This document shows, piece after piece, positions 1 to 8,700 of a stretch of 32,000 bases of DNA (its first letter is position 1; every line of letters begins with the position of its first letter). A program made the translations under genes and the position numbers. The DNA comes from Geotalea daltonii FRC-32. Its GTDB lineage: Bacteria > Desulfobacterota > Desulfuromonadia > Geobacterales > Geobacteraceae. A model generated the notes under the pieces. The model saw only the letters and a list, made by a program, of their open reading frames with translations. It had not been told where the DNA came from and did not search any database. The stretch lies in assembly GCF_000022265.1 (NCBI RefSeq), contig NC_011979.1:3420001-3452000 (forward strand), read 5' to 3'.

Positions 1-70
1 AACATTTGCAGTTTTAACTTTTGAAATTTAGAGGCGCAGACCTTCTTCCGTGATCTAACAATTCTTGTGT

Positions 71-2554
71 CTAGCGATTCCATTCCTTTTTAAGGACTTT
101 ATCAGAAGCTTGAATTGCCCTATCTCGTGGAGTTGATACACCAAAATCGAGCCAGTGAATTACATTATAATATTGTTGTTCATCACTAGACATATAGTCT
201 GCAAGAAGCTTTATTAAGCGCTTCTTTGTTAACGCACGAATGCATTTTAAAGCTATACACTTTCGAACTTTTTCGTCCTCATATTGCAGCAGACGGATAA
301 TAGTTTCATCTGTAAGTTCGCGAAAGGCTTTGTCCGGTGTCTCAACTATAAGGTAGGACAATAGCTGGCTTGGCAGCTGCATTGACAGCAGTTCTGTTAA
401 TCTATTTCGGCCCAATGCATATATAGCTTTTGCAGAAACTTGATATTTAGAGTCTTCAGGGGTTGATAATAACAGAGTGTTTTGTCCGGCCTCCGGCCGT
501 TTCACAGAGTCGATAATTAATTTGATGTCCTCCCATTCACCAAATTTACGAAGATACTCAACATCAGTGCTGGAGTAGTCAACAAAGCCACTCTTTAGAG
601 CATTCCTTACAAGTCCCAAGTCCCGCAACTCGGCTTTTTGACAAATAATGTTTAAGCCCTTTCGAGTGAGACTTTTACGTTGATAATCTTCGATGCCTCG
701 TGTCCGTTCTATAACCTCATGGTCCATAGTAAAAATTTCGGACAGCTTATTCAGATAATTTGAAAACTCCTCTTTGAATTGTTCCTCTACTGATTTCCTT
801 AAAATATCTCCTCTTTTTTTAAATTGACGTTCAGCCAAGATGAACTTGGGGTCAAAATCAAAAATTGAGGATTTTTCGGTAATTTTTTCAAGTTCCTTTT
901 CACTTGTTAAACGCAATGTATGATGTTGGTAGTGATTCCAATATGTTTCATCAGTTATTCCTGAAGCGATGGAAAGCATTCCTAAACCGGATTTTTGAGA
1001 TGGTTTGACAAGAATTTTTTTGGCTTCGTCATTTGAAAAAGTACGGCCGTGTTCAATGAGAGTATTAATAGCTTCATATCTTACCTTTGCATCGTTGTCG
1101 CACAACAATTGCTCTACGGTATCAAGTGGCAATGCTTTGCGTTTACGAAGAATCTCTATAGCTTTACGACGTACATTATTGCATTGCTGATCAATGCAGC
1201 TAATAAGTGATTCCGTGCTCAACGCTGCTTCATTGTCAAATAGTGCTATCATTAAATCTTGGTGGACAAATGATGGCCGAAGTTCATTAAGCGCCAAAAT
1301 CGCACATTCGCGGCTTTCACGAAGTTTAATTCGGAGGAATGCATCAGTAGCAGCATTATTTGTTTGATTGTCATTCCTGTCTAGCTCGGCACGGATAATC
1401 GAAATATCTGAAGTAATGCCAAACTCGCCAAGATAATTCAAAGCTGCAACCCTAAGCGCACTTTTAGAGTTGTCAGAAAACCAAGATTTAAGTAAAAAAT
1501 CGCGATTAAAACGTTTTCCACCGGAGGGAAGTGGCTCTGAAATCAGCTTCATCGCAGTGATAGCGTTGATTCGTCGTTCCGTAGGCCCTTTAAATGTGTA
1601 AAATGGCAGAATACTATTTGAAAACTCTCCCATTGCTGCCAGCCATCGCCAAAGAGGAACATTCTCATTGCTAAAGTTACTCAACCCACTGGCAACCAGC
1701 CCGCTTATTTCATGTTGGCCCAATTTAAATTTATCTCCTTTTGCAAACATCAGGTTTGAATCGTGAACACCAAGAGAGTACTCATCATTTCCATGTTTAC
1801 CTAATATTGTTGTGAGCAATCTAAATCGTGCGATTTCTGCACCTTCAATGGGTTCTTGTTCTAAATCCCGCTCCGTTTTTGATATGAAGTCTCGCAGAAA
1901 TTGAGCACCTTCTATGGAAAGTGGTGTTTCGAGAGGTTGTGCATTTGCATCTGATGTTTGTTGTTTTTCATCTTCACTAGGTGGGGCTTGGCTCTGGCTA
2001 TTAACTCTAACTTGTCCTTCGACATTACATAGGCATTTTATGTAGTCTGCTATGCATCGTCGAAATTTCTTTTCAAAATCACTAAAATCAGAAAAATGCT
2101 CGAATAGAATTGTTTTCTCAGTGATGAGTTGTTCTTTAAAATCCAAAACTTTTTTCAGTTGTGCTCCTGGGTCACGAAGGCTATCGGTATCAATTTCCTT
2201 AAAAAGGAGACTTATTTCAGGGAGTCCATCAGCTTTTCGGCGTTCAACGGATCTGTTAAATTCTTCTTCAAAGCCAGATGAATACGTCCCAGCTACGTCC
2301 GGCGGGGTTCCCCATCTCTTCCACATTAAGCCCACAAAGAGTTCACATTGTTCTAGATCACGATTTATAAGAGCTTGGGGACGACCACATCTTGCTACAG
2401 TATCCTCCCATCCCACAAGCTCAACTTGATATCCGAGTTGTTCTGCCCATAATGAATTGAACTCATCGACCACAGTTTTTGCAATTTTGCGTTCATCGGA
2501 TAGGTCACCTGGTGATGCAAGAAACACTTTCACAAATCTTCGACTATTCGCCAT
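71..2554 (-). CDS. DUF4062-like (TIR / nucleoside-deoxyribosyltransferase-like fold) N-terminal domain fused to a long HEAT/ARM-like helical-repeat region; function unknown, candidate defence component
   Basis: Uninterrupted 827-aa ORF. The only competitors are short antisense shadow ORFs. The N-terminus (aa ~8-125, nt ~2180-2533), KVFLASPGDLSDER...CELFVGLMWKRWG, matches the DUF4062 (PF13271) pattern as I remember it. The C-terminal ~500 aa contain HEAT-like units (NVRRKAIEILRKRK; DNDAKVRYEAINTLIEHG; EDEKVRKCIALKCIRAL). AAGAGG lies 5 nt upstream of the ATG. Codon usage is AT-rich, like its two upstream neighbours. Confidence 0.6.
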   Translation of the reverse strand: MANSRRFVKVFLASPGDLSDERKIAKTVVDEFNSLWAEQLGYQVELVGWEDTVARCGRPQALINRDLEQCELFVGLMWKRWGTPPDVAGTYSSGFEEEFNRSVERRKADGLPEISLLFKEIDTDSLRDPGAQLKKVLDFKEQLITEKTILFEHFSDFSDFEKKFRRCIADYIKCLCNVEGQVRVNSQSQAPPSEDEKQQTSDANAQPLETPLSIEGAQFLRDFISKTERDLEQEPIEGAEIARFRLLTTILGKHGNDEYSLGVHDSNLMFAKGDKFKLGQHEISGLVASGLSNFSNENVPLWRWLAAMGEFSNSILPFYTFKGPTERRINAITAMKLISEPLPSGGKRFNRDFLLKSWFSDNSKSALRVAALNYLGEFGITSDISIIRAELDRNDNQTNNAATDAFLRIKLRESRECAILALNELRPSFVHQDLMIALFDNEAALSTESLISCIDQQCNNVRRKAIEILRKRKALPLDTVEQLLCDNDAKVRYEAINTLIEHGRTFSNDEAKKILVKPSQKSGLGMLSIASGITDETYWNHYQHHTLRLTSEKELEKITEKSSIFDFDPKFILAERQFKKRGDILRKSVEEQFKEEFSNYLNKLSEIFTMDHEVIERTRGIEDYQRKSLTRKGLNIICQKAELRDLGLVRNALKSGFVDYSSTDVEYLRKFGEWEDIKLIIDSVKRPEAGQNTLLLSTPEDSKYQVSAKAIYALGRNRLTELLSMQLPSQLLSYLIVETPDKAFRELTDETIIRLLQYEDEKVRKCIALKCIRALTKKRLIKLLADYMSSDEQQYYNVIHWLDFGVSTPRDRAIQASDKVLKKEWNR

Positions 2555-2674
2555 ATCAACCTCTTAGAATTTAGTATCTTTGTTCAACGCTAGGCTGACC
2601 GGCTTGACCGGTCCAGTCGTGAGTTGGTAGCCTCCCTCTAAGGCAAACTAAGCAGCGTCACTCATAGTTTTCCC

Positions 2675-4417
2675 TCAATTCCTAGAAAGCTTTTGAATTG
2701 CGGAGGCAAGGCCATTACGTAGGGATCTAACTGAATAGGCCTTTATCCCGGAAGTGTGTTCAGATAAATAGGATGCTACATACGACATAACTATTTCTAG
2801 GAAGCTCTTTTCTGCTTCAAGGAAGTCTATTATGTTGGAGGCTGAATACCTTGAGTCAACCCAATTTTGGAATTTAAGTATTGTGTCAGGACTACTTTTT
2901 ATAATAATGTTAAATAACCAGTTTGCATCAATGTCTGAAAGTACAGGAGTAGTCGCATGCTGTGTTTCATAAAACCGTTTAAAAAACTCATCAGGCTCGT
3001 TATCAAGCAAACTAAAGGTCTGTGTCACCTCTTCTTTTTGACCAATATTCTGCATCTCATCACAAATTAATTTTATGGTTGCTTTAACTGATCTGTATTC
3101 ATCTAGGTCGACATCATTAAAACTTAAAGGCGTCCATAGTATTTTATTGCACTCTAATTGTCCGGCAGCTCGAAGAACATTTAGCGCTGCAATGAATCCA
3201 TTCTCGATATCAACTGGGCTTTGAGTTATCAGCCTCTCTTTAGAAAAGAAAAACAACCTTTGAGCAAGGTTTATTAAGGTCACCGCATTTTTTATTTTAG
3301 CGCCCGCAATTTCTTCAAGAAAAGCTTTAGCTATAGTAGTCATAGACTCGTCACTGAGGAGCCAAAAATCACTATGAAACAGTTCTTCTTGAGTTCTGAC
3401 TTTAATGCTTTTGTCTTCAATATATTTGGACACATTGTCATCTAGTAGCTTTGTGTTTAGATATCCATATAGGATATAATTAAATAGACTTCCAAATTTA
3501 GGTATACCGTTGTGATTACCATGATAGTATTTTGATACTATTTTTCTAGTTACTGAGTTCTCATCTTGTTTAAATAGATAAAAGCTGGATGAAGCTTCTA
3601 AATGAGTTGCAATTTCCAGTATTGATTTATCATTAAGTAAGCCACTTTTATATTCATTCATGATAACAAGGGTAAAGTATAAAATTGAGTCTAATACATC
3701 TATATTTTCTATCGAAATGTAATCGCATACTGAATTGAATATGCTAAAGGCTTTGCTAATAGTTCTTATATTGTTGCATTTTGATATGGCGTAGTACTCG
3801 TCGAAAACCTTCTTAGTATTGGCGTAGGCGTGCTTTTTAGATGTGCCTGCAATTAACTTATTTACTACAGCATCCATGTCAGGAACATATCTGAATGTAT
3901 AACCGACTAACTTTTCCTTCTGAACAGTATATACGTCGAGGTTCTCAATCTTACTTTCATCGCAGAGGATTATCATTCTGATATGTTCATGCTCAACAAG
4001 CTTATTAAGATAACCAAGTACAGTATCAATCGGCATCTTTACGCGTTCCAGATCGTCAACACATAAAACTATATTACTAGCTCGCATGATTTCGTGAGCA
4101 TTATCCAAATCAATATGCTTTTGTGACAATGAGGATAATGCGCTAGTGACGTTGTTGGCTGATGTCAACCGAAGAAAATCAGAAATTGCAACAGTGATTA
4201 ACTGGTCAATTTCTATTTTAGACTGGATTCCATATAGGGAAATATAGGTTGTATTCCTCTCGCCATTAGGATAATCGATATAAACCCCAGCTTGTATGAC
4301 ATTTTCCCAAAAATATGTTTTACCACTTCCCCATTCTCCTGTTATTAACAATGAATACTCAGGGTGCATATCTCTTATGTACAACTTTATTGAGTCTTCC
4401 ATTTCTTTTAAGTTCAT
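2675..4417 (-). CDS. KAP-family P-loop NTPase
   Basis: 580-aa ORF. Walker A is GEWGSGKT (aa 27-34, nt 4316-4339), which fits the GxWGxGKS/T form typical of KAP NTPases. Walker B is IVLCVDDLER (D121-D122 at nt 4052-4057), which fits the hhhhDDLDR form. The long C-terminal helical region is uncharacterised. I saw no TM insertion in the NTPase domain. Confidence 0.7.
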   Translation of the reverse strand: MNLKEMEDSIKLYIRDMHPEYSLLITGEWGSGKTYFWENVIQAGVYIDYPNGERNTTYISLYGIQSKIEIDQLITVAISDFLRLTSANNVTSALSSLSQKHIDLDNAHEIMRASNIVLCVDDLERVKMPIDTVLGYLNKLVEHEHIRMIILCDESKIENLDVYTVQKEKLVGYTFRYVPDMDAVVNKLIAGTSKKHAYANTKKVFDEYYAISKCNNIRTISKAFSIFNSVCDYISIENIDVLDSILYFTLVIMNEYKSGLLNDKSILEIATHLEASSSFYLFKQDENSVTRKIVSKYYHGNHNGIPKFGSLFNYILYGYLNTKLLDDNVSKYIEDKSIKVRTQEELFHSDFWLLSDESMTTIAKAFLEEIAGAKIKNAVTLINLAQRLFFFSKERLITQSPVDIENGFIAALNVLRAAGQLECNKILWTPLSFNDVDLDEYRSVKATIKLICDEMQNIGQKEEVTQTFSLLDNEPDEFFKRFYETQHATTPVLSDIDANWLFNIIIKSSPDTILKFQNWVDSRYSASNIIDFLEAEKSFLEIVMSYVASYLSEHTSGIKAYSVRSLRNGLASAIQKLSRN

Positions 4418-4477
4418 TAAATTCTCATTATATTATTAGTAGTTTTAGCTAAGTTATATGGCTCTTTTACGCCCTGC

Positions 4478-5197
4478 TTACCGGCTTGCTTTAATAGCGT
4501 CAATAACCGTTTTCTTGACTTCATCTACTTTAAAAAAAACCTCAACTTCTTCTAAATGGAGATGTCTAACTTGCTTCATCATGAACACTACATTGCGATA
4601 TTTACCTATATAGAAGTCCTTTATTTCTTTACTTCCTTGGTTTTTTTCATAGTTTTCTAGGCACCAAATCAGATGGCTTAATTGTTCGCTTACATATGTT
4701 AAATCAAAGGATATTAGTTCTATTACACTTGTTCTGATGTCATCATATATACAAGAAATCGGGTGCGAAGGGTTTAGTTCGATTCTAATTGAATCATCTG
4801 AAATAGACCTTAATAACGTGAATACGTTAAAATCATTAGATTTGTACTTATGCTTTTGTTCAAAAAGTACTTTGTCAATAGTTTCAGCTATTCCGAATAT
4901 CAATTGCTGTAACTCTTCTAGCTTCTGCTGTGTTTTCATGTCTGTTAACTGACGTTTTTGTAGCAAAACAGTATATATAACACCAATAAAGGCAAGGAAA
5001 GCATAAATCGGATTTAACACGCCTCCAATAAAGTCACCAAAGGTGCCCCAGTCGCTTTGATTCGGCGATATGGGATATTTCATAATCCAGCCAAACCGAA
5101 TGAAGTACGCCAATGCACATAGAGCCAAAGGGACTAATGCAAGTAATACAAGATTGCGGATAAGCTTGTCGTCGATCATGTCTTTGTATTTATCCAT
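4478..5197 (-). CDS. Small membrane protein with two N-terminal TM helices; putAbiC-like (putative abortive-infection protein family)
   Basis: 239-aa ORF. The two hydrophobic helices are NLVLLALVPLALCALAYFIRFGW and IGGVLNPIYAFLAFIGVIYTVLL. The inter-helix motif WGTFGDFIGGVLNP...LLQ resembles the conserved core of Pfam putAbiC (PF16872) as I recall it. The C-terminal ~150 aa look soluble and helical. This is the first gene of the three-gene same-strand cluster. Confidence 0.5.
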   Translation of the reverse strand: MDKYKDMIDDKLIRNLVLLALVPLALCALAYFIRFGWIMKYPISPNQSDWGTFGDFIGGVLNPIYAFLAFIGVIYTVLLQKRQLTDMKTQQKLEELQQLIFGIAETIDKVLFEQKHKYKSNDFNVFTLLRSISDDSIRIELNPSHPISCIYDDIRTSVIELISFDLTYVSEQLSHLIWCLENYEKNQGSKEIKDFYIGKYRNVVFMMKQVRHLHLEEVEVFFKVDEVKKTVIDAIKASR

Positions 5198-5336
5198 CTA
5201 TATCTCACTTTCGGAGTATTATGTATGCCGATTTGTAATGTTAACATTTCTGCATTTCTGCCGCTAAAGGACTTGGGGCGCAAGTTTCTATCCTTGTTCC
5301 GGTTGTCGACCAACTCATTATTCACCGATCAGGTCG

Positions 5337-5463
5337 GCATCTAATATTATATTCCAGCATCTAATATTAGATACAGGCATGCAATATTGGATGCCACAAG
5401 GCATATAATAATAGATGCTTTTACCTGATGGGGCACTTCTCCTTTGCATCTAATATTATATGC
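5337..5463. repeat. Array of five 18-bp near-palindromic sites, consensus GCATCTAATATTAGATGC (candidate operator or iteron array)
   Basis: Copies: 5337-5354 GCATCTAATATTATATTC; 5357-5374 GCATCTAATATTAGATAC; 5377-5394 GCATGCAATATTGGATGC; 5401-5418 GCATATAATAATAGATGC; 5446-5463 GCATCTAATATTATATGC. The first three are phased at exactly 20 bp. The array lies 140-270 bp upstream of the ATG at 5197, on the island side of the GC transition. Confidence 0.75.
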
Positions 5464-5651
5464 TTTTCTAATTCCGCCCCCTTAACACTTATTTCCTTCG
5501 ATTACCAGTTCCCTGTTTTCCGCCGTTGCCATGTCGTTGCATCATATCTGGCGCAAGACCACCACTACACCAAAAATGCATGCAACTCAATGGGAAATCT
5601 AACATGATGGGGGTTTAAATGGAAATGGGGGAGAGACTCACCTGAGCAAGC

Positions 5652-5683
5652 GGCGGTGCCGCTACCGGCACCGCCACTTTTTT
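5652..5683 (+). terminator. Rho-independent terminator-like hairpin, canonical only in the + orientation
   Basis: Perfect 10-bp GC-rich stem GGCGGTGCCG (5652-5661) / CGGCACCGCC (5666-5675), with loop CTAC, followed by AC then TTTTTT (5678-5683). On the minus strand the stem is followed by GCTTGCTC, so there is no U-tract. It lies 35-43 nt downstream of the stop of the minus-strand giant gene (5718). No annotated + strand gene precedes it. Confidence 0.55.
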
Positions 5684-5717
5684 CGATATCCTGAAGCGAC
5701 TGGGAAGGCGACGACAC

Positions 5718-8700
5718 CTATTGACAGGTGCCGTCTGCAGATGTGTAGGCTGGGGTTGTCGCTTGCAGGGTGTTGCTGAAGGGTGAGAAGTCCCCTCCCC
5801 GGTATGCCCTCACCTGATAGGCGTATGCCTTCTGGGGTTCGATGGCCAGGGTGTCGGTGTAGCTGCCCGTATTGGGCACCGTTGTCACCAGCCCCATTTC
5901 TCCGGTGGGAAGCAGGCGCCAGATCTGGAAGCCGTCGGGATTTTCACAGGGGACCGGAGTGCAGGCGGCACCCGTGTAGCTCCATTCCAGTTTGATCTTG
6001 CCCGAATTCAGAGGGGTGACGGCATTAAGGCTTGGAGCACCGACGGCAGGGGTTTTCTGGCAGACAATGTTGCTTGGGGCCGAGTCACCGCCGGTGGTGT
6101 TCCAGGCGGTCATCTGATAGCAGTATTCCACGTTCTCCGTCAGGGAAGTATCCCCATGGGTAGTGAAGACCGGCACCAACGTGGGGCAGCCAATGGTTGG
6201 GCTGGTATAGTATCCGCAATAGAGTGTCGAATAGGGGATTGCCAGGTTGTTGATCTGGCTCCACGGTCCATTGCCGCCGATTGAGCGCAAGATCTTGTAA
6301 TTAGTGGCGCCGTAGACCACCTGCCAGGTAAGATCTATTCTCGCCTCGCTGATCAGCTTTGTCGTCAATGAAGGTGCAGCCGGGGTTGTGGTGGCCGATT
6401 GGATATTGCTGGGCACTGAATAACTGCCGGCGGTATTTTTTGTGGAGACGCGATAATAGTAGAGGGTACCGGCAGAAAGGCCGCTGTTGGTATAGGTGAT
6501 GGCACCTTGGGCAGGGGTAGCCACCTGCGACCAGTTGGCGCCGTCGGGGCTTCGCTCTACCTTGTACCCGTCATTGCCGGCAACGTCGTTCCATGAAAGG
6601 ATGATTTGGCCGGTGGTGATGCCGGACAGGGTATTCAGCACCGGCGGCGTGATGGGCAGGGTGGCTGCGCTCTGCTCGTTGGATGCGACAGAGTATGCGC
6701 CAACACTGTTTTTGGTATAAACGCGGTAGTAGTAGGTAGTGTTGGCAGCGGCAGTGGTGTCGCTGTAGATGGCAACATCTGTTACAGGTGTTGCCAACTG
6801 TGACCAGGCGACAGTGTCGGTTTTGCGCTCGATCTTGTAGCCGGTATTGCCGGTGATGTTGGTCCAGGAAAGATCGATTTTTGACTGGGTGATGCCGGTA
6901 AGAGGGTTGAGAACCGGCGCGTCAAGCCACGTGGTCTGTGTGACAGTAGAACTCCACGGCGAATCCCCCGCCAGATTGGCCGCGTTCAGCCTGAAACAGT
7001 AGGTGGTACCCGATAGCAGGCTGCTCACTGTCGTAGTAATCGAGTTCTGGGCAACCGACGTGGAAGTAACGCCGGTCCAGTCTTCGGTGGTGCAGTCTGC
7101 GCCGTTTCGCACCTTGTGCTGCAGATTATAGGAGGTTTCCCCGGTTTTGTCGGTCCAGGAAAGTTTGATCTGGGAACTGGAAACTACCGAGGTGCTGAAG
7201 CTCGGCGTAGGGGGAACGGTAGTTGCCATGAACTCGTTGCTGAAGGCTGAAAAGCTGCCATCGGCCAGCTTGTAGCGAATTTTGTACTTGTAGGTGTAGC
7301 CGGCTGTAAGCCCGCTGTTGTTAAAGACAACCGTATCGGCAGCCAGTGGTGTCGGTGTCCCATTGACGTAAACACTCCAGGAGCCGGTGCCTGGACTTGC
7401 CGGAGGAGTCGATTGGTATGTGGCTGCACTTCGCCACACTTCATATCCCACATCACCGGTCACATCGATCCAGGCCAGGTCGATCTGGCCTTGGGACACG
7501 CCGGTGACGCTGGTGAGCGTTGGCGGACCATAGATGGTCACGCATGCCTCGTTGCTGTCACTCGAGCTTGTGCCATTGTAGGGCTGCACCTTGAAGCAGT
7601 ATGGGATATTCATGCTCAATCCACTGACCGTATAAATGGTGGTATTTTGTGCCAGCGGCAATCCGCTGCCGGAGAGGACGACACCGTCTTTCAGCACCCG
7701 GTAATTCGTTTCACCAAAGACATCCGACCAGGAAAGGCTGACCGAGCTGTCCGTTGCGGCAGTGGCAACCAGATTTGTCGGACCGGAAACATTCGTCCGG
7801 GCCGTTACTATGGTGCTGGTATCCGAATTGACGGTTCCCACAGCCGTAACCCTCAACCGGTAAAGGTTGCCGGGGGTAAGACCGCTAATGTTCCTCGTTG
7901 TTGCGTCAACGCCCAGGTTGACCGTGGTCCAGGCGGTCCAGTAGTAATCATAGCCTGTATTCGAGGCGCAGTAAGTTTGATTCAGACAATCGGAATACTC
8001 CAGTTTGTAACCACTCTCAAAACTGTTGGGGTCGCTCCAGTTGACGGAGATTTCGCTGGTGGAAACGGTGGTTGCCGATGTAATGGCCGGCGTCTGCAGC
8101 TTGGTTCGCCCGGACTGCACCAGGCTGGCAGCGGAATCACCATCTGGATTTGTTGCCCGCAGGCGATAGTAATAGAGAACTCCGGCAACGACGGTGGTAT
8201 CTGAGAAGCTGACCGCGGCAGCACCCGGAATGGCAATAACGGTCCAGGTGCTGTTGTCCGTGCTCCGCTCTACCTTGTAACCGGTAGCCCCGGTAACTGC
8301 AGGCCAAGTCAAATCGATCTTGGCGGCGGTAATCCCGGCCAAGACATTGAGAACAGGGGCAACCTGCACATTGCTGGCGAGGGAAAGCCCGGCACTGTTG
8401 ATGGTATTGATTCGATATTGATAGACTACTCCGGCAGTCAGGGTTGTATCGTGGTAAAGCAAAGTATCGGGAGCGAGATTGTTGCCGATCTGGGTCCAGC
8501 TTCCTCCGCCTGCCATTCTCTCCAGCCGGTAGCCGCTGTTGCCGGGTATATTGTTCCAGCTGACATCCACTGACGTTGGCGACAGGAGAGACAGTTGATC
8601 AAGAACCGGCGCCTGGAGGGTTGTGGTGGCGCAGGTGGTAATCTTTCGGGAAACCAGGCTGCCGTTGTAGGCTTCGATACGGTAGCAGTACTGGGTATTG

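Noticed and set aside
2555-2674. GC-richer 120-bp spacer between the KAP and DUF4062 genes, with the small hairpin CTGACCGG-CTTGA-CCGGTC(C)AG
   Set aside because: The stem is short and bulged with no U-tract on the coding (minus) strand, and I recognise no known RNA motif. It may be an intercistronic stem-loop, but the evidence is too weak to call.
5216-5244. Sigma-70-like hexamers TTAACA-N17-TAATAC on the minus strand just upstream of the island operon
   Set aside because: This promoter would leave only a ~10-nt leader. Matches of this quality are abundant in AT-rich DNA, so it is not reported as a feature.
5590-5604. 15-nt near-identical sequence ATGGGAAATCTAACA (5590-5604) versus ATGGGAAATTTAACA (16837-16851), flanking the two giant genes as possible direct repeats of a mobile unit
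   Set aside because: This is a single 15-mer with one mismatch. By rough estimate, matches of this quality are expected by chance several times in 32 kb on two strands. The similarity does not extend on either side.
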